From the NCBI RefSeq assembly GCF_000009045.1, contig NC_000964.3:806001-870000 (forward strand): a stretch of DNA of 64,000 bases, given 5' to 3'. Position 1 is the stretch's first letter. Each line of letters begins with the position of its first letter. Positions 38,770-49,115 of this stretch are shown here, in pieces. The notes beneath the pieces were generated by a model, which searched no databases, was not told the origin of the DNA, and worked only from the letters and a program-made list of their open reading frames with translations. A program made the translations under genes and the position numbers. Source of the stretch: Bacillus subtilis subsp. subtilis str. 168 (GTDB taxonomy: Bacteria; Bacillota; Bacilli; Bacillales; Bacillaceae).

Positions 38770-40185
38770 ATGGAACGACTATTAGTATGGATAGAGCATA
38801 TATCTGATTGGCTGTGGGGTCCGCCGCTAATCATCCTGCTGACGGGGACGGGCTTGTATTTCACTATTTTGCTGAAAGGTTTTCAATTTCGCTATCCTTT
38901 ATACATTTTCAAACAGACAATCGGCAGTGTAGGAAAAAAGCCGAAGGGAGAAGGCACAGTCACACCGCTTCAGGCATTGACCTCAGCCCTCAGTTCAACG
39001 ATCGGTGCAGCGAACATTGTCGGTGTGCCCGCCGCTATTATGTTTGGGGGACCAGGAGCGGTTTTTTGGATGTGGCTTATTGCCTTATTTGCCATGGCGA
39101 TTAAGTTTTCTGAAAGTGTTCTTGCTGTTCATTACAGAGAAAAAAATGAGCAGGGTGAATACGTCGGGGGACCGATGTATTACATAACAAAAGGGCTGCG
39201 CATGAAATGGCTCGGCGTATTCTTCTCTGTTGCGCTGATTGTGGAGCTGATTCCCAGCATTATGGTTCAGGGAAATTCGGTTTCAGTCTCGCTTGCCGAG
39301 ACGTTTTCTTTCAATAAAATATACGCAGGAATCGGAATTGCATTTTTGATTGGGTTAGTGGTGATAGGAGGGGTAAAGCGGATCGGAAAAGTAACAGAGT
39401 TTGTCGTGCCTCTTATGGCAGGGGCATACGCAGGTGCCGGTCTCCTGATTGTTCTCATGAATCTATCATCAGTGCCGGCGTTTTTCTCTCTCGTTTTTTC
39501 AAATGCGTTTACCTCTTCTTCAGCAGTTGGAGGGTTCGCAGGTGCTGCGTTGGCGGAAACCGTTCGCTGGGGATTTGCCCGCGGGCTGTATTCTAATGAA
39601 GCCGGGATGGGAACAGCCCCGATTGCACATGCGGCAGCAATGACTGATCATCCTGTGCGGCAAGGGTTTTGGTCTGTGATCGGCATTGTCATTGACACCT
39701 TAATCATCTGTACGACTACCGCTTTTATCGTCCTTGCATCCGGTGTATGGACAGGGAAGAACGCCTCAAATGACCCGGCAGCACTGACAACGGCCGCATT
39801 TCAGCACTATTTCGGTTCTGGAGGAGGATACTTCGTTTCGGTTTCCCTGGTCTTCTTTGTCGTATCAACCATTATGGTTGTCATTTTTTACGGCGTAAAG
39901 CAAGCTGAATTTCTGTTCGGGCGGCTGGCAGGACATGTGATTAAATTCGTTTATTTAGCGGCTATTATCATAGGTGCCGCAGGCGGAGCAAAAGCCATTT
40001 GGGGCGTATTGGACTTAGCATTGGTTTTTATTGTTGTCCCGAATGTGATTGCGCTCTTGTTATTGAGCAGAAAGGTAAAAGCGCTGTACACCGAATTCTT
40101 TACATCTGAACAGTACTACCTGAAAGATATAAGAAAAACGAAACAAAAGCCTGTTTATCCAACAAAAGAAGCTAAAAATTCCTAG
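38770..40185 (+). CDS. yflA: Alanine/glycine:cation symporter (AGCS), 471 aa
   Basis: TIGAANIVGV, GGPGAVFWMW, GGPMYY, RGLYSNEAGMG, IDTLIICT. Confidence 0.93.
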   Translation: MERLLVWIEHISDWLWGPPLIILLTGTGLYFTILLKGFQFRYPLYIFKQTIGSVGKKPKGEGTVTPLQALTSALSSTIGAANIVGVPAAIMFGGPGAVFWMWLIALFAMAIKFSESVLAVHYREKNEQGEYVGGPMYYITKGLRMKWLGVFFSVALIVELIPSIMVQGNSVSVSLAETFSFNKIYAGIGIAFLIGLVVIGGVKRIGKVTEFVVPLMAGAYAGAGLLIVLMNLSSVPAFFSLVFSNAFTSSSAVGGFAGAALAETVRWGFARGLYSNEAGMGTAPIAHAAAMTDHPVRQGFWSVIGIVIDTLIICTTTAFIVLASGVWTGKNASNDPAALTTAAFQHYFGSGGGYFVSVSLVFFVVSTIMVVIFYGVKQAEFLFGRLAGHVIKFVYLAAIIIGAAGGAKAIWGVLDLALVFIVVPNVIALLLLSRKVKALYTEFFTSEQYYLKDIRKTKQKPVYPTKEAKNS

Positions 40186-41258
40186 TGTTTTGCTTTTGCG
40201 CCGAACAATGCTTTGCTTTTTATGATCAAATAAATGAGTAAAGGCAGCAAAAGAGAAATCACTACATTAATGATTGGTTTGATTCTGTTAAAGTCGATTA
40301 GCTGATTTGTATTTAAAAAAAACCAAAAGCCGCATACGACTGAGAACATGCCGGTTGGTGTATACATGGCTTTCGGGTCGATTTTTGAGTGTAAAAACGA
40401 AAGGCCGTATACCACGATATATAGGGAACCTGCTATCTTCACCATAATGACCGGAATCCAAAAAGCCGCGATGATCAGGTCTGAGCGATCCAGAAAATCC
40501 GTAATGCGGATCTGCCTGATGACCATATAAGCAGGATCAAAGAAAGTAGATGTCAGGTTGGGACCAAAGACAGAAATTGAAGAAAATAACATCACGGCCA
40601 GCAATAAAGCGCCCAGCAGTATCGCGAAAATGGTGTATTTTAGCGGGACGCTCCGGTTTGAGAAGAGAAGCGGAAGGATAATCAATTCCCCCATTGTCCC
40701 AAACGCGTAATAGCCTGATTGAAGGTATGGGATTAGACCTTCAAAAACAGGTGTCAAGTTTTGAAGCTCAATTTGTGTGGCCAGCGTAAATGGAAGGAAC
40801 AAGACCAGGATGCCGAATGGAAATAGGAATATCTGCGCCATTCTGGTCAATGTTTCTTTTCCCTCTCTGGCAATACAGATCGCCACAAAGATAATAACAC
40901 CGCCAAGAACAGCCATTGGTGTTCTCGGGAGAAATAAAATGTTAATCAAATTGATGAAAAAACGTATATCATGAGCATTGATTAACAGGAAATACAAAGA
41001 AAACAGTAAAATGATAATCCGGCCTGCGATTGGTGAGGAATCGCTCAGCAGCTCATAGATATTTTTATCCTGATGCTTTTTCATCAGCCTATGCATGAGC
41101 CAGAGTGCCGGAATCACGATGACAACGCCGAGGATGTAGCTGTGCCAGGCATTTTGTTTTGCTGATTCGATCATGAGAATCGGAGCATGCTTTAATCCGA
41201 CTGCTAACGTATACAGAGCTCCGAAAAATAATCCTTGGTATGCAGAGGTCTTGTCCAT
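40182..41258 (-). CDS. yfkT: Spore germinant receptor B subunit-like protein, 358 aa
   Basis: About 10 TMs; AKQNAW, LPRTP, MGEL, DFLDRSDL. Confidence 0.9.
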   Translation of the reverse strand: MDKTSAYQGLFFGALYTLAVGLKHAPILMIESAKQNAWHSYILGVVIVIPALWLMHRLMKKHQDKNIYELLSDSSPIAGRIIILLFSLYFLLINAHDIRFFINLINILFLPRTPMAVLGGVIIFVAICIAREGKETLTRMAQIFLFPFGILVLFLPFTLATQIELQNLTPVFEGLIPYLQSGYYAFGTMGELIILPLLFSNRSVPLKYTIFAILLGALLLAVMLFSSISVFGPNLTSTFFDPAYMVIRQIRITDFLDRSDLIIAAFWIPVIMVKIAGSLYIVVYGLSFLHSKIDPKAMYTPTGMFSVVCGFWFFLNTNQLIDFNRIKPIINVVISLLLPLLIYLIIKSKALFGAKAKH

Positions 41259-41281
41259 AAAGCACATCCTTTCTGTCATGT

Positions 41282-41482
41282 TCAAAACGGAATATATTTA
41301 AACAGGTGCCCCAGCCGCGGAAGCAGGGGATTCACTCTCATATAAATCCATAGAAAAGCACTTCCTGCAATTAGCAGGCTGAAGGCCCATTTTGTTAGAT
41401 TGTTAGCGGAACGAAAATTCTTCCATTCATATGCGTATATGGCAATGCACACAATCAATGTCTGTACGATATAGCTGATCAT
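41282..41482 (-). CDS. yfkS: Small two-TM protein within the germinant receptor operon, 66 aa
   Basis: RBS GGAGGTG; two hydrophobic stretches. Confidence 0.82.
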   Translation of the reverse strand: MISYIVQTLIVCIAIYAYEWKNFRSANNLTKWAFSLLIAGSAFLWIYMRVNPLLPRLGHLFKYIPF

Positions 41483-41497
41483 GCTGACGCACCTCCA

Positions 41498-42652
41498 TTA
41501 ATGGCTGATCGTTTTGTATAGGACACCGCCCTGCTCAATCGTCACAATTGGGACGACGTGAACCTCCATATCCTTATATACCTCTTCCCATTCCTTTTTC
41601 AGCAGATTCTTCGTGGTTGCCGTGCTTCTGATGGTCCTGTCTTGAAAGCCGGCCGGGTCCGCCTTTAGCTTTTGCAAACGATGAACGGTGCTGATCACGT
41701 CCTTCTTTATGGTTCTGTTTAATGCTTTTTGAATGATGTAATACTGGTCATTTTCTCTCGTCTCATAGGTTGATTGGTTTTCCATAATAATTCCTTTGGC
41801 TCTGATCTCGATTGTCATTGACAGCTTTCCGTTTTTTTCAGCGGCATGAAAGGATGCATTGGACTTTTGAAGCTGAATGGATGCTTGCCCCATTTGATTC
41901 GGCAGGTCTACTATGAATTCTGGCTGGCGGGCTTGATTCAGCAACATCAGGGCTGCTGTCATGTGTTCATCTTTGAAAATATCCATCAATCTGTCCTTTT
42001 TAAAGATCGCAAGCCCGTCAATTTTCAAATTAGATTTGCCTTTCCCTCCAGGTTTTGTTTTAGATGCAGAGATGACCGGTGCATACGGATCACTGCCTAT
42101 TTCTACTAGATCAGACATGAATCTGCTTAAGAAAACGGGGCGGCTCGTTGCGATAATGGCCAGCTCCCGAATCATTTCCGCCGGAAACTGTTCAAGCTGA
42201 ACATCGGTATTTAAAATGTCCCGCGCTTCTCCCCGGCTGACTAAAATGAGCGCCGTTAATCTGTTCTGCGGATTTCGCGTTAAAATATCAAAGACTGGGG
42301 CAACGCCGTCTCTCGCCATATCCTCTCCAATAATGACTGTACGTCTGTGGGACGTATTGATTGTCCGTGACAAGGAGGTTTGCAGCTTGTTGTTCGCTTC
42401 TCTGATCGTAGTGCCGGAAGCTGAATCAACATACCATGTTTTTGAACCGGCAGTTCCGCCGCCGCCCCCTGTTTGTCCGCCTAATTGGCCGACCAAGGGA
42501 ATCTGCATGGCCACTCGATACTGATCTTTTTTCTTATCAATGGCTGAGCTGACAACAAATGCAATGTCATTGATTTCTGTCCGGTCCCAGCACCCCGTTA
42601 GAAGGATACAAATGAGAAGCGGCAAAACACACTTATATATTGTTTTCTTCAT
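41498..42652 (-). CDS. yfkR: Germinant receptor C subunit lipoprotein, 384 aa
   Basis: Lipobox LTGC followed by WDRTEINDIAFV; IIGEDMAR; DGLAIFK. Confidence 0.93.
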   Translation of the reverse strand: MKKTIYKCVLPLLICILLTGCWDRTEINDIAFVVSSAIDKKKDQYRVAMQIPLVGQLGGQTGGGGGTAGSKTWYVDSASGTTIREANNKLQTSLSRTINTSHRRTVIIGEDMARDGVAPVFDILTRNPQNRLTALILVSRGEARDILNTDVQLEQFPAEMIRELAIIATSRPVFLSRFMSDLVEIGSDPYAPVISASKTKPGGKGKSNLKIDGLAIFKKDRLMDIFKDEHMTAALMLLNQARQPEFIVDLPNQMGQASIQLQKSNASFHAAEKNGKLSMTIEIRAKGIIMENQSTYETRENDQYYIIQKALNRTIKKDVISTVHRLQKLKADPAGFQDRTIRSTATTKNLLKKEWEEVYKDMEVHVVPIVTIEQGGVLYKTISH

Positions 42653-44174
42653 CTTTTGGGTCCTCTCTTTTCGCTCCCTTCTGTCCGTTGCCGCGCGAAT
42701 ACGTGCCCGGCCTTCTGGTCATCGTCCACCAAGGCGCCCTGACAAAAATATCTTTTACTTCATCTCGTTTAAACGGAGAAATCCCGGATAAATAAGGAAT
42801 GCCGAAAGATTGCAGCTTGCATAAATGAAGCACTAAGATAATCGTGCCGAGCATAATGCCGAATATCCCAAAAATACTCGCCAAAAACATAAGCGGGAAA
42901 CGAAGCATCCTGATGGAGATAGCTAAGTTAAACCGCGGAATTGTAAATGACGCGATCCCTGTTAACGATACGATGATCACCATGGGGGCAGACACAATTC
43001 CCGCTTCAACAGCGGCTGTCCCAATGACTAGGGCCCCGAGAATACTGACGGTCTGGCCGATGGTTTTCGGCAGGCGCACTCCCGCCTCACGGAGAGCCTC
43101 AAAAGAAATTTCCATAATCAATGCTTCTATGATGGCGGGGAAAGGAATCGGTTCACGCGCAGAGGCCACACTGAACATTAAGTTTGTCGGCATTAAGTCC
43201 TGGTGGTATGTAATAACGGCAACATAAATAGCCGGCAAATATAAAGCAACGAATAAAAACATATAGCGAAGCCAGCGGATTAAGTTAGACATCAAATAAC
43301 GCTCATAGTAATCTTCACTGGCCTGCATAAGCTGCCAAAACGTAATCGGGCCTGTTAAGACAAAGGGCGTATTATCTGTGAAAATGGCAAATCGGCCTTC
43401 GAGAAGCTGGGCGGCGACGGTGTCCGGCCTTTCTGTGTATTGCAGCTGGGGGAATGGCGAGTACGTGTCGTCTTCGATAAATTCTTCAATATATCCGCTT
43501 TCTAAGACAGCATCAATCTTTATCTTTTTGATTCTTTTTTTTGCTTTGTCAATAACCTTTGGATCGGCAAGCCCGTCAATATAGGCCAAGACAACATCGG
43601 TTTTGGTTTTCGTGCCGATTTTAAAAGAGATCATTTTAAGCTGAAACGTTTTGACGCGAAAGCGCACAAGAGCGGTATTGACCCTGAGGCTTTCAGTGAA
43701 GCCCTCTCTTGACCCTCTGATGGTCGATTCTGTTATCGGCTCTTCAATGCTTCTTCTTTGTCCGCCTTTTATATTTAAGATCAGGCCTTTTGAGTGCCCG
43801 TCGGCAAATAAAACCGCGTTCCCCTCAATGATGGATGCAGCCACTTTGCTCATACTCGTTTCTAATGCAACACTTGAAATTGATAGAGTATTTTGCAGCG
43901 CCTCTTCATGTTCATCTATTTGATCCGTCAAATGCATTAAGAAAGGGCGGAGGGCGTGATCCTGAATATGTTCAGATTTTACAATTCCTTCGATATAAAC
44001 AATAAATCCGCACAGCCCGTTTCCAAAGTCAAATTGTCTAAATACGATGTCTGAGCAGCCTTCTGTTAATAAGGTCAGATTTTCGAGGTTTTCCTTCAAA
44101 TTGGGAGAGATCGGTCTGTCCTGATTGTCTTCAAGCTCTTTGATGAGCTGAAGCGCTTTGTCGCGTTTATTCAT
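42633..44174 (-). CDS. yfkQ: Germinant receptor A subunit, 513 aa
   Basis: RSIEEP...RGSREGF, FPQLQYTERPD, EDYY, PFP, EALREAGVRLP, IGQTVSILGALVIG. Confidence 0.95.
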   Translation of the reverse strand: MNKRDKALQLIKELEDNQDRPISPNLKENLENLTLLTEGCSDIVFRQFDFGNGLCGFIVYIEGIVKSEHIQDHALRPFLMHLTDQIDEHEEALQNTLSISSVALETSMSKVAASIIEGNAVLFADGHSKGLILNIKGGQRRSIEEPITESTIRGSREGFTESLRVNTALVRFRVKTFQLKMISFKIGTKTKTDVVLAYIDGLADPKVIDKAKKRIKKIKIDAVLESGYIEEFIEDDTYSPFPQLQYTERPDTVAAQLLEGRFAIFTDNTPFVLTGPITFWQLMQASEDYYERYLMSNLIRWLRYMFLFVALYLPAIYVAVITYHQDLMPTNLMFSVASAREPIPFPAIIEALIMEISFEALREAGVRLPKTIGQTVSILGALVIGTAAVEAGIVSAPMVIIVSLTGIASFTIPRFNLAISIRMLRFPLMFLASIFGIFGIMLGTIILVLHLCKLQSFGIPYLSGISPFKRDEVKDIFVRAPWWTMTRRPGTYSRGNGQKGAKREDPKDEENNI

Positions 44175-44264
44175 AGAGGCTCACCCTGCTTTTTAATGTC
44201 ATATTCAATAAGTGCTTGTGACTTTTAGGGTAACCTTGTCTGTTTCATATATTCCAGACTAGGA

Positions 44265-44278
44265 TGAAAGCGCTATAA
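44265..44278 (+). promoter_or_regulatory. CcpA cre site upstream of treP
   Basis: TGAAAGCGCTATAA. Confidence 0.72.
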
Positions 44279-44285
44279 AAAAGTG

Positions 44286-44337
44286 TTGACTACCTGTATA
44301 TACAGGAATACAATATGATTATAAGTTGTATATACAA
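44286..44337 (+). promoter_or_regulatory. tre promoter with two TreR palindromic operators
   Basis: TTGACT-N17-TACAAT; palindromes CCTGTATATACAGG (44293-44306) and TTGTATATACAA (44326-44337). Confidence 0.85.
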
Positions 44338-44366
44338 GTTATAAAAACGGATACGGAGGGGTTGGC

Positions 44367-45779
44367 ATGGGGGAACTGAACAAATCGGCACGTCAGATTG
44401 TCGAAGCAGTCGGCGGTGCTGAAAATATTGCAGCGGCAACTCATTGTGTTACACGTTTGCGTTTTGCTTTAATAGATGAAAGCAAGGTTGACCAAGAGAT
44501 GCTTGATCAAATTGATGTGGTAAAGGGATCATTCTCGACAAACGGACAGTTTCAGGTCGTAATCGGCCAGGGAACTGTCAATAAAGTATATGCTGAACTG
44601 GTTAAGGAAACGGGGATTGGCGAGTCAACAAAGGATGAAGTGAAGAAGGCCTCAGAAAAAAATATGAATCCTTTGCAGCGTGCTGTGAAAACGCTTGCAG
44701 ATATTTTTATTCCAATATTGCCTGCGATTGTCACGGCGGGTCTTTTAATGGGGATCAATAACATTTTAACGGCGGAAGGCATTTTCTTCAGCACAAAATC
44801 GATTGTGCAGGTTTATCCGCAGTGGGCGGATCTTGCTAATATGATTAACCTGATTGCAGGCACGGCCTTTACGTTTTTGCCTGCGTTAATCGGATGGTCT
44901 GCCGTCAAGCGGTTCGGCGGCAATCCGCTTCTCGGCATTGTGCTCGGGGTTATGCTCGTGCATCCTGATTTGCTGAATGCGTGGGGATATGGCGCGGCAG
45001 AACAAAGCGGAGAGATCCCGGTATGGAATCTATTCGGCCTAGAGGTGCAGAAAGTCGGCTATCAGGGCCAGGTGCTCCCAATTTTGCTTGCTTCTTATAT
45101 GCTGGCGAAGATTGAGGTATTTTTAACAAAACGCACACCTGAGGGCATACAGCTGCTCGTTGTCGCACCAATTACGCTTCTCTTAACAGGATTTGCCTCT
45201 TTTATCATTATCGGCCCGATTACATTTGCGATCGGTAATGTACTGACTTCAGGGCTTATCTCGGTGTTTGGTTCTTTTGCCGCACTGGGCGGTCTGTTAT
45301 ATGGCGGTTTCTACTCAGCGCTCGTGATTACCGGTATGCATCACACGTTTCTTGCAGTCGACCTGCAGCTCATCGGTTCAAAGCTCGGCGGCACCTTTTT
45401 ATGGCCGATGCTGGCGCTTTCTAATATCGCACAAGGTTCGGCGGCTCTGGCCATGATGTTTATCGTGAAGGATGAGAAACAAAAAGGCCTCTCCCTCACA
45501 TCAGGGATTTCTGCTTATCTTGGCATTACAGAGCCTGCCATCTTTGGGGTGAATCTGCGATACAGATTCCCGTTTATCATTGCAATGGTCAGCTCTGGCC
45601 TGGCCGGAATGTATATTTCTTCTCAAGGTGTGCTGGCAAGCTCCGTCGGTGTCGGCGGCGTGCCGGGGATTTTCTCAATCATGAGCCAGTACTGGGGCGC
45701 GTTTGCAATCGGGATGGCTATTGTATTGATCGTGCCGTTTGCCGGAACATACGCGTATGCGAGATTCAAACATAAATAA
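44367..45779 (+). CDS. treP: PTS trehalose EIIBC, 470 aa
   Basis: HCVTRLRF, QFQVVIG, TGMHH, GITEPAIFG. Confidence 0.96.
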   Translation: MGELNKSARQIVEAVGGAENIAAATHCVTRLRFALIDESKVDQEMLDQIDVVKGSFSTNGQFQVVIGQGTVNKVYAELVKETGIGESTKDEVKKASEKNMNPLQRAVKTLADIFIPILPAIVTAGLLMGINNILTAEGIFFSTKSIVQVYPQWADLANMINLIAGTAFTFLPALIGWSAVKRFGGNPLLGIVLGVMLVHPDLLNAWGYGAAEQSGEIPVWNLFGLEVQKVGYQGQVLPILLASYMLAKIEVFLTKRTPEGIQLLVVAPITLLLTGFASFIIIGPITFAIGNVLTSGLISVFGSFAALGGLLYGGFYSALVITGMHHTFLAVDLQLIGSKLGGTFLWPMLALSNIAQGSAALAMMFIVKDEKQKGLSLTSGISAYLGITEPAIFGVNLRYRFPFIIAMVSSGLAGMYISSQGVLASSVGVGGVPGIFSIMSQYWGAFAIGMAIVLIVPFAGTYAYARFKHK

Positions 45780-45849
45780 CAAGTGGGGAGCGGGACGTGT
45801 TGAACGTTCCCTTTTCCCGTTTTCAATTTAAATATGGTGGTGGAAACAG

Positions 45850-47535
45850 ATGAAAACAGAACAAACGCCATGGTGGAAAAAAGCTGTGGTTTATCAAATT
45901 TATCCGAAAAGCTTTAACGATACGACAGGAAATGGTGTTGGCGATCTGAACGGCATTATTGAAAAGCTGGATTACTTAAAAACGCTACAGGTGGATGTGC
46001 TTTGGCTGACGCCGATTTATGATTCTCCCCAGCATGATAATGGGTACGATATTCGTGATTATTACTCGATTTATCCTGAATACGGAACGATGGAGGATTT
46101 TGAGCGGCTAGTGTCCGAAGCACATAAAAGAGACCTGAAAGTCGTCATGGATCTTGTTGTCAATCATACGTCAACAGAGCACAAATGGTTTCGCGAGGCG
46201 ATCTCTTCAATAGACAGCCCGTACCGTGATTTTTATATATGGAAAAAACCGCAGGAAAACGGTTCTGTTCCGACGAACTGGGAATCGAAATTCGGCGGCT
46301 CGGCATGGGAGCTTGACGAAGCATCGGGCCAATACTATTTGCATCTGTTTGATGTGACGCAGGCTGATTTGAATTGGGAAAATGAAGAGGTCAGAAAGCA
46401 TGTCTATGACATGATGCATTTTTGGTTTGAAAAGGGAATAGACGGCTTTAGGCTTGATGTCATCAACCTGATTTCTAAAGATCAGCGCTTTCCGAATGCG
46501 GAGGAAGGCGACGGCCGCTCTTTTTACACTGACGGGCCGCGGGTGCACGAATTTCTGCATGAAATGAACGAAAAGGTGTTTTCACATTACGACAGCATGA
46601 CGGTCGGTGAGATGTCTTCAACAACCGTAGACCACTGCATCCGGTATACGAATCCTGACAATAAAGAACTTGATATGACATTCAGCTTCCATCATCTCAA
46701 GGTTGACTATCCTAACGGCGAAAAATGGGCCTTGGCGCCGTTTGATTTTTTGAAGCTGAAGGAGATCCTATCTGACTGGCAAACGGGGATGCACGCAGGA
46801 GGGGGATGGAACGCTCTGTTCTGGTGCAATCATGATCAGCCGCGCGTCGTATCAAGATATGGAGATGATGGCGCATATAGGGTGAAATCGGCGAAAATGC
46901 TTGCTACGGCCATTCATATGATGCAGGGCACGCCTTATATTTATCAGGGCGAGGAGCTGGGGATGACGAATCCGAAGTTCACTGACATAAGCTCCTATCG
47001 GGATGTCGAATCGCTGAACATGTATCACGCCTTTAAGGAAAAAGGAATGGCTGATCAAGATATTACAGCCATTTTACAGGCGAAATCCCGTGACAATTCC
47101 AGAACCCCCGTTCAGTGGGATGCTACGGAAAATGGTGGTTTTACAACGGGCACACCATGGATACCGGTTGCAGGAAATTACCGGGAAATCAATGCTGAAG
47201 CGGCGCTGAGGGATCAGAATTCGGTGTTTTACCATTATCAAAAATTGATTCAGATTCGCAAAATGTATGACATTGTGACAGAGGGTACGTATGAGATAAT
47301 TGCAAAGGATGACCCGAACATTTTTGCGTATCTCAGACACGGCAGCAATGAAAAGCTGCTCGTGATCAATAATTTTTACGGGACAGAGGCGGCCTTTACA
47401 CTGCCGGACTCTTTAGCGCCTGACGAATGGAAGGCAGAGGTGCTGTTGACGAACGATGAAGCAAGGGAAGGGCTTCAGAACATGACGCTTCGCCCATATG
47501 AGTCCATTGTTTATCGTTTAACGAAACCGTGTTAA
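45850..47535 (+). CDS. treA: Trehalose-6-phosphate hydrolase (GH13), 561 aa
   Basis: YQIYPKSF, DNGYD, DLVVNH, GFRLDVIN, TVGE, NHDQPR, RDNSRTP. Confidence 0.96.
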   Translation: MKTEQTPWWKKAVVYQIYPKSFNDTTGNGVGDLNGIIEKLDYLKTLQVDVLWLTPIYDSPQHDNGYDIRDYYSIYPEYGTMEDFERLVSEAHKRDLKVVMDLVVNHTSTEHKWFREAISSIDSPYRDFYIWKKPQENGSVPTNWESKFGGSAWELDEASGQYYLHLFDVTQADLNWENEEVRKHVYDMMHFWFEKGIDGFRLDVINLISKDQRFPNAEEGDGRSFYTDGPRVHEFLHEMNEKVFSHYDSMTVGEMSSTTVDHCIRYTNPDNKELDMTFSFHHLKVDYPNGEKWALAPFDFLKLKEILSDWQTGMHAGGGWNALFWCNHDQPRVVSRYGDDGAYRVKSAKMLATAIHMMQGTPYIYQGEELGMTNPKFTDISSYRDVESLNMYHAFKEKGMADQDITAILQAKSRDNSRTPVQWDATENGGFTTGTPWIPVAGNYREINAEAALRDQNSVFYHYQKLIQIRKMYDIVTEGTYEIIAKDDPNIFAYLRHGSNEKLLVINNFYGTEAAFTLPDSLAPDEWKAEVLLTNDEAREGLQNMTLRPYESIVYRLTKPC

Positions 47536-47555
47536 ACTAAGCTGGGTGGTCCATA

Positions 47556-48272
47556 ATGAAGGTGAATAAATTCATCACAATTTATAAAGACATCGCACAG
47601 CAAATTGAAGGCGGCCGATGGAAAGCGGAGGAGATTCTTCCGTCTGAACATGAGTTGACCGCACAGTACGGTACATCAAGAGAAACGGTCCGAAAGGCGC
47701 TTCATATGCTCGCGCAAAACGGTTATATCCAGAAAATCAGGGGAAAAGGCTCCGTCGTGCTCAATCGTGAAAAAATGCAGTTTCCCGTTTCGGGCCTTGT
47801 CAGCTTCAAGGAGCTCGCGCAAACGCTTGGCAAAGAAACGAAAACAACTGTACACAAATTCGGGCTGGAGCCTCCGTCAGAGCTGATCCAAAAACAGCTC
47901 CGGGCCAATCTGGATGACGACATCTGGGAAGTCATCAGGTCTAGAAAGATTGACGGGGAACATGTGATTTTGGACAAGGATTACTTTTTCAGAAAGCATG
48001 TCCCTCACCTGACGAAAGAAATTTGTGAAAACTCCATATATGAATATATAGAAGGAGAGCTCGGTCTTTCGATCAGTTACGCCCAAAAAGAAATTGTAGC
48101 CGAGCCGTGTACGGACGAGGACAGAGAGCTGCTCGATTTACGCGGCTATGACCATATGGTCGTGGTGAGAAACTACGTCTTTTTGGAGGATACCAGTTTG
48201 TTTCAATATACGGAAAGCAGACACCGTCTCGACAAATTCCGATTTGTTGATTTTGCGCGGCGGGGGAAATGA
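47556..48272 (+). CDS. treR: GntR/HutC-family trehalose repressor, 238 aa
   Basis: LPSEHEL, SRETVRKAL, GKGSVV; C-terminal UTRA domain. Confidence 0.96.
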   Translation: MKVNKFITIYKDIAQQIEGGRWKAEEILPSEHELTAQYGTSRETVRKALHMLAQNGYIQKIRGKGSVVLNREKMQFPVSGLVSFKELAQTLGKETKTTVHKFGLEPPSELIQKQLRANLDDDIWEVIRSRKIDGEHVILDKDYFFRKHVPHLTKEICENSIYEYIEGELGLSISYAQKEIVAEPCTDEDRELLDLRGYDHMVVVRNYVFLEDTSLFQYTESRHRLDKFRFVDFARRGK

Positions 48273-48310
48273 GAGAGGCGCCTGCCTGCGGCAGCGCGCT
48301 TTTTTGTTTG

Positions 48311-48326
48311 GTATCAAAATTGATAC
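48311..48326. promoter_or_regulatory. 7-2-7 inverted repeat upstream of hypO (probable HypR site)
   Basis: GTATCAA-AA-TTGATAC. Confidence 0.7.
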
Positions 48327-48411
48327 TATCCAACAAAAATGTGCGTACTTTTACTTTTTATCATAATGGCTACAATAGAGATGAGAGTAATCTAAAGGAG
48401 AGGTGTTTTAC

Positions 48412-49077
48412 ATGGCAGATCTAAAGACACAAATTCTGGATGCATACAATTTCAGGCATGCGACTAAGGAATTTGACCCGAATAAAAAAGTGTCAGACAG
48501 CGATTTTGAATTTATTTTAGAAACAGGAAGACTGTCTCCGAGCTCACTCGGCCTTGAGCCTTGGAAATTTGTCGTCGTCCAAAATCCGGAATTCCGCGAG
48601 AAGCTTCGTGAATACACATGGGGCGCGCAAAAGCAGCTGCCGACCGCAAGCCATTTCGTCCTGATTCTTGCGCGTACAGCGAAGGATATCAAATATAATG
48701 CGGACTACATCAAACGTCATTTAAAAGAAGTAAAACAAATGCCTCAAGACGTGTACGAAGGCTATTTAAGCAAAACAGAAGAATTCCAGAAAAACGATTT
48801 GCATTTGCTTGAAAGTGACAGAACATTGTTTGACTGGGCATCAAAACAAACCTATATCGCGCTTGGCAACATGATGACTGCCGCTGCGCAAATCGGTGTT
48901 GATTCCTGCCCGATCGAAGGCTTCCAGTACGATCACATTCACCGTATTCTTGAAGAAGAAGGCCTTCTGGAAAACGGAAGCTTCGATATTTCTGTGATGG
49001 TGGCATTCGGCTACCGAGTGAGAGACCCTCGTCCGAAAACAAGATCTGCTGTTGAAGATGTTGTGAAGTGGGTTTAA
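48412..49077 (+). CDS. hypO: NAD(P)H-flavin nitroreductase, 221 aa
   Basis: FRHATKEFD, SPSSLGLEPW, DSCPIEGF, FGYR (yfkO); RBS GGAGAGG. Confidence 0.92.
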   Translation: MADLKTQILDAYNFRHATKEFDPNKKVSDSDFEFILETGRLSPSSLGLEPWKFVVVQNPEFREKLREYTWGAQKQLPTASHFVLILARTAKDIKYNADYIKRHLKEVKQMPQDVYEGYLSKTEEFQKNDLHLLESDRTLFDWASKQTYIALGNMMTAAAQIGVDSCPIEGFQYDHIHRILEEEGLLENGSFDISVMVAFGYRVRDPRPKTRSAVEDVVKWV

Positions 49078-49080
49078 AAG

Positions 49081-49115
49081 AAGAAAGCTGCTCGCATAGC
49101 GAGCAGCTCTTTTTT
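49081..49115. terminator. Bidirectional terminator between hypO and yfkN
   Basis: AGCTGCTCGC / GCGAGCAGCT. Confidence 0.82.
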
